64,000 nt of DNA. Origin: Bacillota bacterium. GTDB lineage: Bacteria; Bacillota; Sulfobacillia; JAIMAT01. A model generated the notes under the pieces. The model was not told the origin of the DNA. It saw only the letters and a list, made by a program, of their open reading frames with translations, and ran no database searches. Below, piece by piece: positions 1-9,650 of this stretch. Location: NCBI GenBank assembly GCA_029960955.1, contig JASBVS010000002.1, positions 146,470 to 210,469 of the forward strand, given 5' to 3'. Numbering within the stretch: the stretch's first letter is position 1; every line of letters begins with the position of its first letter. Made by a program: the position numbers and the translations under genes.

Positions 1-1165
1 CACCTTCCTGATCCACGGCATCCTCTCCCGCCGCCTCCCCGCCGGCCTGGTCGGCACGGTGACCAACGTGGTCGGCGGGCGCCGGCTCCCCGTCGAGCAC
101 ACCACCCCCGAGGCTCCCGACCTGCAGCGCATGCTGCGCGCGATGTGCGAGGCGGGCGACCGGGCGGTGGCGATGGAGGTCTCCTCCCACGCCCTCAGTC
201 TTCACCGCGTGGACACGGTGGAATTCGACGTCGGCGTCTTCACCAACCTGACCCAGGACCACCTGGACTTCCACGGCGACCTGGAGCACTACCTGGAGGC
301 GAAGGCCCTCCTCTTCCGCTCGCTCGGCCGAAGCTACTGGGGCCCGCTCAAGCAGGGCCCCAAGGGGGCCGTGCTCAACGCGGACGATCCGGCCAGCCGG
401 CAGGTGGCCTCGGTCACCCAGGTGCCCGTCATCCGCTACGGGTTGACCGGGGCGGCCGACCTCAAGGGCGAGGTGCTGGCCATGGAGAGCGGTTCCACCC
501 GCGTCGCGCTCGGCGGCCCCCTCGGCCGGGGAGAGCTCCTCCTGCCGCTCCCCGGCCGCTTCAACGTCTACAACGCGCTGGCCGCGCTGGGCGCGACGCT
601 CCTCCTCGGCGTCCCGCTGGAGGAAGGGGTGGAGGCGCTGGCGCAGGCGCCCGCCGTCCCCGGGCGCTTCGAGCGCATCGACGGGCCGCAGCCCTTCACC
701 GTGGTGGTCGACTACGCGCACACGCCCGACGGCTTGGAGAACGTGCTGAAGACGGCGCGGGAGCTGACCCGGGGCCGGGTGATCGTCGTCTTCGGCGCCG
801 GCGGCGACCGCGACCGGGGCAAGCGGCCGCGCATGGGCGCCGTCGCCGCCCGCTGGGCCGACCTGGTCGTGCTCACCTCCGACAACCCGCGCAGCGAGGA
901 GCCGGAGGCGATCCTCGACGACATCGAGCAGGGGCTGGCCGGCACGGGCGCCACGTACGTGCGGCGCGCCGACCGGCGCCAGGCCATCCGCGAGGCGATC
1001 GCCGCCGCCGCACCGGGCGACCTGGTCCTGATCGCGGGCAAGGGTCACGAGACGTACCAGATCTTCCGCGACCGGACGGTCCACTTCGACGACCGCGAGG
1101 AGGCCCGGGCCGCGCTGGCCGACCTGGGTTTCGCCGTGGCCGGGCCGCGGGGCGACCGCCCGTGA
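1..1165 (+). CDS. murE: UDP-N-acetylmuramoyl-L-alanyl-D-glutamate--2,6-diaminopimelate ligase, 5'-truncated by the window edge
   Basis: The frame is open from nt 2. It has the Mur ligase middle/C-terminal motifs (TTPEAPDL, DYAHTPDGLEN, GAGGDRDRGKRP). The stop TGA at 1163-1165 overlaps the murF start. Confidence 0.9.
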   Translation, partial: TFLIHGILSRRLPAGLVGTVTNVVGGRRLPVEHTTPEAPDLQRMLRAMCEAGDRAVAMEVSSHALSLHRVDTVEFDVGVFTNLTQDHLDFHGDLEHYLEAKALLFRSLGRSYWGPLKQGPKGAVLNADDPASRQVASVTQVPVIRYGLTGAADLKGEVLAMESGSTRVALGGPLGRGELLLPLPGRFNVYNALAALGATLLLGVPLEEGVEALAQAPAVPGRFERIDGPQPFTVVVDYAHTPDGLENVLKTARELTRGRVIVVFGAGGDRDRGKRPRMGAVAARWADLVVLTSDNPRSEEPEAILDDIEQGLAGTGATYVRRADRRQAIREAIAAAAPGDLVLIAGKGHETYQIFRDRTVHFDDREEARAALADLGFAVAGPRGDRP

Positions 1166-2529
1166 GGTACACGGCGCGCGAGCTGGCGGACCTCCTGCCG
1201 GGCTCGCGCCTGCTCGGCGAGCCGGGCGCCGTGGCCACCGGCGTCGCCAGCGACAGCCGCGAGGTCCGGCCGGGCGACCTCTTCGTCGCCCTTCCGGGCA
1301 GCCGCGTCGACGGCCTGGCCTTCCTGCCCGCCGCCTGGGAGGCGGGGGCTACGGTGGCGCTCGTCCAGCGCGAGCCCGCCGAGCTGCCGCCGGGCCGGGC
1401 GGCACTGCTGGTGGAGGAGAGCCGGCAGGCGCTGGAGCGGCTGGGCCGGGAGCACCGCCGCCGCTGGGGCGGGCGTGTGGTGGCCGTGACGGGCAGCGTC
1501 GGCAAGACCAGCACCCGCGACCTGGTGGCGGCCGTCCTGGCGACGCGCTTCCGCGTCCTGCGCGCCGAGCGGAACTACAACACCGAGGTCGGCGTGCCCC
1601 TCACCCTCCTCCGGCTGGAGCCCGGAGACGAGGTGGCCGTGCTCGAGCTGGCCATGCGCTCGCCCGGCGAGATCCGGACGCTGGCGCGCCTCGCGGAGCC
1701 GGAGACGGGGCTCCTGACGCGCATCGCCCCCGTCCACCTGGAGTTCCTCGGCTCCATGGAGGCGATCGCCCGGGCCAAGGGCGAGCTGCTCGAGGAGCTG
1801 CCCGCGACGGGCCGGGCGGTCCTCTCCGCCGACGATCCCTGGCAGGCGGCCGTGGCGGGGAGGAGCCGCGCCCCCGTCCTCTGGTACGGTCGCGGTCCGG
1901 CGGCGCAGGTGCGCTGCGAGGAGGTGGAGAGCGGGGCCGAGCGGAGCCGCTTCCGGCTCCGCCTGCCCGGCGGCGGCAGCGCCCGGGTGACGCTGCCCTA
2001 TCCGGGGGAGCACATGGTCTGGGACGCCACCGCCGCGGCGGCGGTCGGCTTCCTCTTCGGCCTCGAGGCGGGGGCGATCGCCGAGGGGCTGGAGCGGGCG
2101 GAGCTGACCGGACACAGGAACCGCTTCCTGCGCGCGGGGGCGTGGACCGTCTTCGACGACTGCTACAACTCGAGTCCCGCCTCGCTGGAGGCCGCGCTGG
2201 CCGTGCTGGCCAGGGTGCCGGGCCGGCGGCTGGCCGTCCTGGGCGACATGCTGGAGCTCGGGCCCGAGGCCGAGCGCTACCACCGGGAGGCCGGCGAGAA
2301 GGTGGCGGCGAGCGGCGTGACGCTGCTGGTGGCCGTCGGCGGCTGGGCGGGCGTCCTGGCGGAGGCGGCCCGGCGCGCCGGGGTGCCCGAGGTGATCCCC
2401 GTGGAGGACGCCGAGGCGGCGGCGGAGGTGGCGCTGGACCGGGTCCGCGCGGGCGACACCGTCCTGGTCAAGGGGTCGCGCGCGCTGGGGCTGGAGCGTG
2501 TGGTCGAGGCGCTGAGCCATGGGGCTTGA
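1162..2529 (+). CDS. murF: UDP-N-acetylmuramoyl-tripeptide--D-alanyl-D-alanine ligase
   Basis: A GTG start overlaps the murE stop (GTGA). The N-terminus VRYTARELADLL...GDLFVALPG and GSVGKTSTRD are MurF-typical. The track ORF 145..2529 is the same frame with a spurious upstream extension. Confidence 0.9.
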   Translation: MRYTARELADLLPGSRLLGEPGAVATGVASDSREVRPGDLFVALPGSRVDGLAFLPAAWEAGATVALVQREPAELPPGRAALLVEESRQALERLGREHRRRWGGRVVAVTGSVGKTSTRDLVAAVLATRFRVLRAERNYNTEVGVPLTLLRLEPGDEVAVLELAMRSPGEIRTLARLAEPETGLLTRIAPVHLEFLGSMEAIARAKGELLEELPATGRAVLSADDPWQAAVAGRSRAPVLWYGRGPAAQVRCEEVESGAERSRFRLRLPGGGSARVTLPYPGEHMVWDATAAAAVGFLFGLEAGAIAEGLERAELTGHRNRFLRAGAWTVFDDCYNSSPASLEAALAVLARVPGRRLAVLGDMLELGPEAERYHREAGEKVAASGVTLLVAVGGWAGVLAEAARRAGVPEVIPVEDAEAAAEVALDRVRAGDTVLVKGSRALGLERVVEALSHGA

Positions 2530-3514
2530 GACCTGGCAGGCGGGCTGGTGGCTGCCGCTCGCCTTCGCAGCCGGCTTCGGCCTGGTCGGGACGGTCGTTC
2601 TGACGCCGCTCCTCCTGCCGATCCTGCGCCGCCGCCGGGTGGGGCAGTCGATCCGGCCGGAGGGGCCGGCCGCCCACCGGGCGAAGGCGGGGACGCCGAC
2701 CATGGGGGGCCTGGCCTTCGTGCCGGTGACCGCGGCGGCCACGGCGCTCTGGGCGCCCTTCGGCGCCGCGCCGGCCGCCGCCCTGGCGCTCTTCCTCGGC
2801 CATGGCCTCCTGGGCTGGCTCGACGACGAGCTGAAGGTCGTCCGCCACCGCTCGCTGGGCCTGGCAGCCCGCTACAAGCTTCTGGGACAGACGCTCCTGG
2901 CGGCGCTCCTCGTCTGGACGGTCCACCGCGAGGGGCTGGGAAGCTGGCTCCAGCTCCCCTTCACCGCCTGGCGCCTCGACCTGGGCCGGCTCTACCCCGT
3001 CGTGGTCTGGCTGGTGGTGCTGGCGGCCAGCAACGCCGTCAACCTGACCGACGGCCTCGACGGGCTCCTGAGCGCGACCACGCTGCCGGTGGCGGCCGCA
3101 TATGCATGGATCGCCGTCGCCGCCGGCCAGGCGGGGCTGGCCGTCAGCCTGGCGGCCCTCTTCGGGGCGCTGCTGGGCTTCCTCCTCTTCAACCGCCACC
3201 CCGCGCAGATCTTCATGGGCGACACGGGCTCCCTGGCGGTGGGGGGGCTCCTGGCGGCGGCGGCGGTCCTGACCAAGACCGAGCTCTACCTGGTGCTCAT
3301 CGGTCTGGTCTACGTGCTGGAGGCGCTCTCGGTGATCGTCCAGGTGGCCAGCTTTCAGCTGACGGGCCGGCGCGTGCTGCGCATGAGCCCGCTCCACCAC
3401 CACTTCGAGCTCGGCGGCATGAGCGAGAACCAGGTGGTGGGGCGCTTCGCCCTGCTCTCGCTGCTGGGCAGCGCCCTGGGCGTCTTCGCCCTCTGGATGT
3501 CGGGAGGGTGGTAG
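2519..3514 (+). CDS. mraY: phospho-N-acetylmuramoyl-pentapeptide transferase
   Basis: 331 aa polytopic membrane protein carrying the MraY signature (NLTDGLDGL, FMGDTGSL). Confidence 0.92.
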   Translation: MGLETWQAGWWLPLAFAAGFGLVGTVVLTPLLLPILRRRRVGQSIRPEGPAAHRAKAGTPTMGGLAFVPVTAAATALWAPFGAAPAAALALFLGHGLLGWLDDELKVVRHRSLGLAARYKLLGQTLLAALLVWTVHREGLGSWLQLPFTAWRLDLGRLYPVVVWLVVLAASNAVNLTDGLDGLLSATTLPVAAAYAWIAVAAGQAGLAVSLAALFGALLGFLLFNRHPAQIFMGDTGSLAVGGLLAAAAVLTKTELYLVLIGLVYVLEALSVIVQVASFQLTGRRVLRMSPLHHHFELGGMSENQVVGRFALLSLLGSALGVFALWMSGGW

Positions 3515-3516
3515 CC

Positions 3517-4617
3517 GTGAGAGGTCGGCAGCCTCCGGTCGACTTCGGGATCCTGGTGCCGGTCCTCCTGCTGCTGGCCGTCGGCCTGGTGATGGTGCTC
3601 AGCGCCAGCGCCCCCGAGGCCCTGGTGACCTACGGCGATCCCTACTACTTCTTCAAGCGCCAGTTGGCCTGGGCGCTGATCGGCGGCGTCGGCATGCTGG
3701 TGGTGGCCCGTATCGACTACGTCCGCTGGCGGCGCTGGGCGGCCCCGCTGATGGCCCTCACCGTGCTGGCGCTCGTCCTGGTCCTGGTACCCGGGGTGGG
3801 CGTCGAGTCGCACGGCGCCCGCCGCTGGCTCGGCTTCTCCAGCCTCAGCTTCCAGCCTTCGGAGATGGCCAAGATGACGGCCGTCGTCTTCTTCGCCCAC
3901 CTGCTCTCGCGCTCGCCCAGGGGCGCCAAGGACCTGCTGCGCGGCCTCCTCCCCGTGGTGGCGGGGGTCGCCCTCCTCGGCGGCCTGATCATGATGGAGC
4001 CCGACCTGGGGACGACGGTGACCATCGCGGGCACCGCCCTCGTCCTCCTCTTCGCCGCCGGCATGTACGTCTCGCACATGCTGGCGACCGGCCTGGCGGC
4101 GGTGCCGGTCCTCGCCTACCTGATCTTCGGCGAGGGCTACCGGCGCCAGCGCTTCCTCGCCTTCCTCGACCCGCAGGCGGACCCGCTGGGCGCGGGCTAC
4201 CACATCACGCAGGGCCTCTACGCGCTGGGCGAGGGCTCGCTCTTCGGGAGCGGCCTGGGCAACAGCCTGCAGAAGTACTTCTACGTGCCCGAGCGGCACA
4301 CCGACTTCATCTTCACCATCCTGGCCGACGAGCTCGGCTTCGTCGGCGCGCTCGCCGTCATCCTCCTCTTCGCGCTGCTCGCCTGGCGGGGCTTCCGCGT
4401 GGCGCTCCGCGCCCCCGACGGCCTGGGCGCGCTCCTGGCGAGCGGGGTGACGGCGGCCATCCTGGTGCAGGCGGTGGTCAACATCGGCGTGGTCGGCTCG
4501 GTCCTGCCCATCACGGGCATCCCGCTCCCCTTCGTCAGCTTCGGCGGCTCGAGCCTCGTCTTCTCGCTCACCTCGGTGGGGATCCTCCTCAATGTCTCGC
4601 GCTACGCCCGGCTCTGA
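3517..4617 (+). CDS. ftsW: FtsW/RodA/SpoVE-family peptidoglycan glycosyltransferase (SEDS)
   Basis: GTG at 3517 lies 2 nt after the mraY stop. The track ORF 2548..4617 is the same frame extended through mraY. SEDS motifs are present (GSRRWLGF, QPSE, GLGNS). Confidence 0.85.
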   Translation: MRGRQPPVDFGILVPVLLLLAVGLVMVLSASAPEALVTYGDPYYFFKRQLAWALIGGVGMLVVARIDYVRWRRWAAPLMALTVLALVLVLVPGVGVESHGARRWLGFSSLSFQPSEMAKMTAVVFFAHLLSRSPRGAKDLLRGLLPVVAGVALLGGLIMMEPDLGTTVTIAGTALVLLFAAGMYVSHMLATGLAAVPVLAYLIFGEGYRRQRFLAFLDPQADPLGAGYHITQGLYALGEGSLFGSGLGNSLQKYFYVPERHTDFIFTILADELGFVGALAVILLFALLAWRGFRVALRAPDGLGALLASGVTAAILVQAVVNIGVVGSVLPITGIPLPFVSFGGSSLVFSLTSVGILLNVSRYARL

Positions 4618-5788
4618 GCGGCCCGGACAAGGCGCGCCCGCCGGGGGGCGGGGGCGCCCGCGGAAGGTCCTCGTCACCGGCGGCGGGACCGGCGGCCACA
4701 TCTACCCCGCCCTCGCCATCGCGCGCGAGCTGGAGCGGTTGGCGCCGGAGCGGCTGGGGGCTCCGCTCGAGATCCTCTACGTCGGCGTGGCGGGCGGCAT
4801 GGAGGAGCGGCTGGCGCAGGAGGCCGGTTACCGCTTCCTGCCGGTCGCCGCGGGCGGCCTGGTGGGCAAGCGGCCGCTCGAGCTCCTGCGCAACGGGCTG
4901 CGCATGGCGGCCGGCCTCCTCCAGGCGGTGGCGCTCCTCCGGCGCGAGCGGCCGCACCTGGTGGTGGGAACCGGAGGCTACGCGGCGGCCCCGCTCCTGG
5001 CGGCCGCCGTCCTGCTCCGCATCCCGGCCGCCCTCCAGGAGCAGAACGCCATCCCGGGAAAGGTCAACCAGCTGCTCGCCCCCTGGGTGCGCGAGGTCTA
5101 CCTCGCCTACCCCGAGGCGGCGCGTCGCCTCCGCGGGCGGACCTTCGTCACCGGCAACCCCGTCCGCGCCGAGGTGACGGAGGCCGACCGGCAGGAAGCG
5201 CGCCGCCGCCTCGGCCTGCCGCCCGGCGAGGCGCTGGTCCTCTGCGCCATGGGGAGCCGCGGTTCCGCCACCGTCAACCGGGTGCTGGCGGAGCTGGTGG
5301 TCGACTGGGCGCGCCGCCCGCCGGAAAGGCCGCCCGCCTTCCTCCTCCTGGCGACCGGCCGCGCCCATCACGCCGCCTTCCTCGAGCAGCTCGCCCGCGC
5401 GGGCGTGGCCGGGGAAGGGCCCGCCCACCGCGTGCTCGCCTACGTCGACGAGATGCCGCAAGCGCTGGCGGCGGCCGACCTGGCCGTCGCCCGCGCCGGC
5501 GCCATCAGCCTGGCCGAGCTGACCGCCCGCGGCCTGCCGGCCGTGCTGGTACCCTCGCCCCACGTGGCCTACGACCACCAGCGCGCCAACGCCGAGGCGC
5601 TGGCCCGCCAGGGCGCGGCGGTCGTCCTCGAGGAAGCGGAGCTGACCGCCGGGCGCCTCCGCGAGACCGTCGAGCGGCTGCTGGGCGACCCCGCGCGGCT
5701 GGCGGCCATGGCGGCCGCCAGCCGGAGGCTCGGCCGCCCGGAGGCGGCGCGCACCCTGGCGGAGAGGCTCCTGCGCCTTCTGCGCTGA
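4592..5788 (+). CDS. murG: UDP-N-acetylglucosamine--N-acetylmuramyl-(pentapeptide) pyrophosphoryl-undecaprenol GlcNAc transferase
   Basis: VLVTGGGTGGHIYPALAIA N-terminal glycine loop; 398 aa. Confidence 0.9.
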   Translation: MSRATPGSERPGQGAPAGGRGRPRKVLVTGGGTGGHIYPALAIARELERLAPERLGAPLEILYVGVAGGMEERLAQEAGYRFLPVAAGGLVGKRPLELLRNGLRMAAGLLQAVALLRRERPHLVVGTGGYAAAPLLAAAVLLRIPAALQEQNAIPGKVNQLLAPWVREVYLAYPEAARRLRGRTFVTGNPVRAEVTEADRQEARRRLGLPPGEALVLCAMGSRGSATVNRVLAELVVDWARRPPERPPAFLLLATGRAHHAAFLEQLARAGVAGEGPAHRVLAYVDEMPQALAAADLAVARAGAISLAELTARGLPAVLVPSPHVAYDHQRANAEALARQGAAVVLEEAELTAGRLRETVERLLGDPARLAAMAAASRRLGRPEAARTLAERLLRLLR

Positions 5789-5926
5789 GCGACGGGCGCG
5801 GGTGCGCCCGTCCCGCCGCCGCCCGGACCCGCGGGCGGGCCGGCGCATACTCTGAGGGAGGGCGGCGGAGCGGACGAGCCCGGCGCCCCGGAGGGCCGAC
5901 GAGGCCGGGACGAAGAGGGGACGCGG

Positions 5927-7345
5927 ATGGAGCGAAGCCGGGTCGCTGGCGGGCACTGGCACCTGGTCGGTGCCGGGGGAAGCGGGATGAGCGGGCTGGC
6001 GCTCCTCCTGGCCGCCCAGGGCCGGGAGGTGAGCGGCTGCGACGCGCGGGACTCCCCGGCGCTGGAGGATCTGGCCCGGCGCGGGCTGGCGGTGGAACCG
6101 CGGCACGGAGCCGAGCACGTCCGCCGCTGCGACCGGCTGGTCATCTCCCGGGCCGTCCGCCGCGACCACCCGGAGGTGGTGGAGGGGCTCCGGCGCGGCC
6201 TCACCCTCGAGTACCGCGGCGAGCGCCTGGCCGCCCTCTTCAACCGGCGGCGCGGAATCGCCGTCGCCGGCAGCCACGGCAAGTCGACCACGGCCGGCTG
6301 GATCGGCTGGGCGCTCCATGAGGCGGGCCTCGATCCGGTCGTCTACCTGGGGGCGCGGCTGAGCGACCTGCAGACGCCGGTGCTCGCGGGTCGCGGCGAC
6401 CTCTTCGTGGCCGAGAGCGACGAGTCCGACGCCAGCTTCGAGCTGCTTCGCCCCTGGCTGGCCGTCGTCACCAACGTGGACGACGACCATCTGGAACATT
6501 ACGGAAGCATGGAGCGGATGGTGGAGGCGTTCCGCCGCTTCGTCGACGGCGTGCAGCCCGGCGGCGCCGCCCTCCTCGCGGCCGACGATCCGCTCCTGGC
6601 GCGCTTCCGCTCCCCGACGCGCATCGTCACGTACGGGCTGGGGGCGGGCGAGCTGCGCGCCGTGGAGGTCTGCTCGACCCCCCTGGGGGAGGGCTTCCGG
6701 GTCCGCTGGCGCGGGCGCGACCTGGGGTCCTGGCGGACCCGGCTCCACGGCCTCCACAACGTCTCGAACGCCCTGGCGGTGATCGGGGCGCTCACCCTGG
6801 TCGGCCTCGATCCGGAGCGGGTGCGCGAGCTGGTCGCCGCCTACCGCGGCGTCGAACGCCGGCTCCAGCCGCTGGGCGAGGCGGCCGGCCGCCGCCTCTT
6901 CGACGACTACGGCCACCACCCCGCCGAGGTGCAGGCCGCGCTCCGCGCCGCCAGGAAGCTGGCGGGCGAAGGCCGCCTCCTCGTCATCTTCCAGCCCCAC
7001 CGCTACAGCCGCACCCTGCGCCTGGCGGAGGCGTTCGGGCCGGCGCTGGCGCTGGCCGACCGGGTCTGGGTGATGCCGGTCTACGCCGCCGGCGAGGAGC
7101 CGCTGGAGGGCGCGGAGCCGGCCCGCATCGTGGAGGCCGTGCGGGAGGCCGGCGGCCGGGCCGAGCTGGCCGGGGGCGCGGAAGGGGCGGCCGCCGCGGC
7201 GGCGGCGGGGAGCCGCCCTGGAGACCTCATCCTCACCCTGGGTGCGGGCGACGTGTATACTGTCGCAACGGAAGTCCTGCGGCAGTTGAACGGGGAGAGG
7301 GCGGTTGGGAGCGGCGGAGGAACCTTTCGAACGGGCGATCCGTAG
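5927..7345 (+). CDS. murC: UDP-N-acetylmuramate--L-alanine ligase
   Basis: GAGGSGMSGLA and GSHGKSTT Mur ligase motifs; 472 aa. Confidence 0.9.
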   Translation: MERSRVAGGHWHLVGAGGSGMSGLALLLAAQGREVSGCDARDSPALEDLARRGLAVEPRHGAEHVRRCDRLVISRAVRRDHPEVVEGLRRGLTLEYRGERLAALFNRRRGIAVAGSHGKSTTAGWIGWALHEAGLDPVVYLGARLSDLQTPVLAGRGDLFVAESDESDASFELLRPWLAVVTNVDDDHLEHYGSMERMVEAFRRFVDGVQPGGAALLAADDPLLARFRSPTRIVTYGLGAGELRAVEVCSTPLGEGFRVRWRGRDLGSWRTRLHGLHNVSNALAVIGALTLVGLDPERVRELVAAYRGVERRLQPLGEAAGRRLFDDYGHHPAEVQAALRAARKLAGEGRLLVIFQPHRYSRTLRLAEAFGPALALADRVWVMPVYAAGEEPLEGAEPARIVEAVREAGGRAELAGGAEGAAAAAAAGSRPGDLILTLGAGDVYTVATEVLRQLNGERAVGSGGGTFRTGDP

Positions 7346-8285
7346 GATAGGCGGGATCCGGGTGGCGGCCGGCGAGCCGCTGGCGCGTCATACGACGCTG
7401 CGGATCGGCGGTCCCGCCGATTTCTTTGTGGAACCGGAGACGGAGACGGCGTTGCGCGCTCTTCTCTCCCTGTGCAGGGAGTACGGCGTCGATGTGCACT
7501 TCCTGGGGCAGGGGTCGAACGTCCTGGTGCCCGACGAGGGCGTGCGGGGCGTGGTGCTGACCACGCGCCGGCTCTTCAACCGCTGCACCTTTGCGGGGAC
7601 GGAGGTGACCGTCGGCTCGGGCTACGCGCTCGGCCGCCTGGTCCAGCTCTCGCTGGAACGGGGGCTGGGCGGGCTGGAGCCGCTGGCCGGCATTCCGGGG
7701 ACGGTCGGCGGCGCCGTCTTCATGAACGCAGGCACGGCGGCCGGCACCATCGGCGACCGGCTGGTCTGGGCGCGCCTGCTCGACCTCGCGGGGGAGGAGA
7801 GCCTGCTCTCGCGGGAAGAGATGGGCTTCGGCTACAGGACGTCCCGCCTCCAGCAGGAGCCGGGCCGGCTGGTGGCGGAGGTGCGCCTCCGGCTGGAGGA
7901 GGCGCCGCAGGTGAGCGCCGACTTGCTGCGGGCGGCGGCCGCGCGGCGGCGGCGGACGCAGCCCCTCTCCTACCCCAACGCCGGCAGCATCTTCCGCAAC
8001 CCGCCCGGCGACTACGCCGGGCGGCTGATCGAGGCGGTGGGGGCGAAGGGGCTGGCGGTGGGCGGGGCGCAGATCTCGCCTCTGCACGCCAACTTCATCG
8101 TCAACACGGGCGGAGCGACGGCGGCCGACGTCCTGGAGCTGATGCGGATCGCGCGGGGGCTGGTGCGCGAGCGCTTCGGCCTCACCCTCGTCCCGGAGAT
8201 CCGGCTTTTCGGCGCGCCGGCAGGAACGCTGGAGCGGCGCCTGGACGAGGGTGGAGGTGAAACCGGTGGCACGCTTCCGGATTGA
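7305..8285 (+). CDS. murB: UDP-N-acetylenolpyruvoylglucosamine reductase
   Basis: FAD-binding MurB pattern (EPLARHTTLRIGGPADFF...GQGSNVL). The start may be slightly downstream of 7305; it overlaps the murC 3' end. Confidence 0.85.
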   Translation: MGAAEEPFERAIRRIGGIRVAAGEPLARHTTLRIGGPADFFVEPETETALRALLSLCREYGVDVHFLGQGSNVLVPDEGVRGVVLTTRRLFNRCTFAGTEVTVGSGYALGRLVQLSLERGLGGLEPLAGIPGTVGGAVFMNAGTAAGTIGDRLVWARLLDLAGEESLLSREEMGFGYRTSRLQQEPGRLVAEVRLRLEEAPQVSADLLRAAAARRRRTQPLSYPNAGSIFRNPPGDYAGRLIEAVGAKGLAVGGAQISPLHANFIVNTGGATAADVLELMRIARGLVRERFGLTLVPEIRLFGAPAGTLERRLDEGGGETGGTLPD

Positions 8286-9531
8286 GGGCGGGCACCCGCT
8301 GCTGGGCGAGCTGGAGGTCCGCGGGGCCAAGAACGCCGCCCTGCCCATCCTGGCGGCCACGGTGCTGGCGCCCGAGCGGAGCGTCGTCGTCGATGTTCCC
8401 GACCTCCGCGACATCCAGGTGATGATCGAGATCCTGAAGGCGCTGGGCGCCCGCGTCGAGGTGGGGCGGGTCGACGGCCTGCGCTCGCTGGCGGTGGAGC
8501 TGCCCGAGGTGCTGGACTGGGAGCTGCCGGAGGGGCTGACGCGGAAGATGCGCTCCTCCATCTTCCTGGCCGGTCCGCTCCTGGCGCGCTGCGGCCGCGT
8601 CCGCTTCTCCTACCCCGGCGGCTGCGCCATCGGCCCGCGGCCGATCAACTACCACCTGCAGGCGCTCAAGGCGATGGGCGCCGAGGTGGTGGAGCAGGGC
8701 GGCTACGTCGAGGCGGTGGCCGAGAGGCTGCGCGGGGCGGAGATCCACTTCGACCAGCCCAGCGTGGGCGCGACGGAGAACGCGCTGATGGCCGCGACGC
8801 TGGCGCAGGGGGTGACGCGCCTCTACAACGTGGCCAAGGAGCCGGAGATCCGGGACCTGGCCGGCTTCCTGGAGGAGATGGGCGCCCGGATCGAGGGCGC
8901 GGGGACGGACGTGATCACGGTCCACGGCGTGGAGGCGCTCCACGGCGCGACGCACCGCGTGATCCCGGACCGGATCGAGGCGGGCACCTTCCTGGTGGCG
9001 GCGGCGATGACGCAGGGCGACGTCCGCCTCCTGGGCGCGCGGGCGGACCACCTGGCGGCCGCGCTGGCCAAGCTGGCCGAGGCCGGGGCGCAGGTCGAGA
9101 GCGGCGAGGGCTGGATCCGCTGCCGCGGGCCGCGGCGCCCGCAGGCGGTCGACATCCGCACGGCGCCGTACCCGGGCTTTCCCACCGACCTGCAGAGCCC
9201 CTTCCTGGTCATGGCCACGCTGGCGGAGGGGACCAGCGTGATCACCGAGTCCATCTTCGAGAACCGCTTCAAGGTGGCCGAGGAGCTGCGGCGCATGGGT
9301 GCGGACATCACCGTCGACGGGCGCGTGGCGGTGGTGCGCGGGGTGGCCGCGCTCTCCGGGGCCGAGGTCGAGGCGATGGACGACCTGCGCGGCGGCGCCT
9401 CGCTGGTGCTGGCGGGTCTGGCCGCGCAGGGGACCACCTGGGTGACCGGGATCGAGCACGTGGAGCGCGGCTACGAGCGGCTGGACGAACGCCTCAGGCG
9501 GCTGGGCGCCGCGGTGGAGCGCATCGCGTAG
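8251..9531 (+). CDS. murA: UDP-N-acetylglucosamine 1-carboxyvinyltransferase
   Basis: RFRIEGGHPLLGELEVRGAKNAALPILAA, EPT-family; 426 aa. Confidence 0.92.
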   Translation: MEVKPVARFRIEGGHPLLGELEVRGAKNAALPILAATVLAPERSVVVDVPDLRDIQVMIEILKALGARVEVGRVDGLRSLAVELPEVLDWELPEGLTRKMRSSIFLAGPLLARCGRVRFSYPGGCAIGPRPINYHLQALKAMGAEVVEQGGYVEAVAERLRGAEIHFDQPSVGATENALMAATLAQGVTRLYNVAKEPEIRDLAGFLEEMGARIEGAGTDVITVHGVEALHGATHRVIPDRIEAGTFLVAAAMTQGDVRLLGARADHLAAALAKLAEAGAQVESGEGWIRCRGPRRPQAVDIRTAPYPGFPTDLQSPFLVMATLAEGTSVITESIFENRFKVAEELRRMGADITVDGRVAVVRGVAALSGAEVEAMDDLRGGASLVLAGLAAQGTTWVTGIEHVERGYERLDERLRRLGAAVERIA

Positions 9532-9641
9532 CGGCATGGCGGCACCGCGCGCAAGGAGCCGGAAGAAGCGCAGAAGGGGGGCGCGGGAGGCGCGCCGGGA
9601 GGGGGGCTCGCCGGCCGGGGCGGGCGACCCGCGACGGGCGA

Positions 9642-9650
9642 TGGTAGAAT
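9642..9650 (+). promoter_or_regulatory. candidate extended -10 promoter element (TGgTAGAAT) in the 270-nt murA-GT9 spacer
   Basis: TG-n-TAGAAT at 9642-9650. The surrounding 9532-9802 stretch has low third-position GC in the GT9 frame, which indicates it is non-coding. Confidence 0.3.

Noticed and set aside
145-2529. Long + strand track ORFs that begin far upstream of the real start (145..2529, 2548..4617, 9536..10849, 9718..12015, 11531..14875, 15103..17250, 26119..27912, 35616..37751, 37898..40570, 43615..45615, 50288..51667, 50578..52776, 51825..53405, 59567..61849, 61961..63664)
   Set aside because: The same frame stays open through the preceding gene. Real starts were placed where the family N-terminus, an RBS and/or a GTGA/ATGA coupling junction appear. 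The upstream parts overlap other genes and translate to Arg/Gly/Pro junk.
1045-2742. 565-aa - strand ORF antisense to murF. Similar long antisense or shifted-frame ORFs occur throughout: 873..1514-, 2468..3403-, 3355..4701-, 4589..7000-, 7233..8561-, 8182..9537-, 9494..10750-, 11979..13871-, 13667..16123-, 15841..17748-, 17087..19252-, 19075..21120-, 21303..22853-, 22030..25098-, 25239..26417-, 26419..27921-, 27806..29581-, 30438..32462-, 32383..36150-, 35643..37418-, 37836..39779-, 42390..44153-, 43288..45918-, 45260..46654-, 46836..48758-, 48271..49578-, 50465..51532-, 50851..52611-, 53314..54759-, 54764..57835-, 60386..62026-, 62783..63934-
   Set aside because: Very high GC removes stop codons from non-coding frames. 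Their translations are Arg/Pro/Gly/Ala homopolymer-like with no motifs, and they have the wrong third-position GC bias. Each is shadowed by a + strand gene with clear family signatures.
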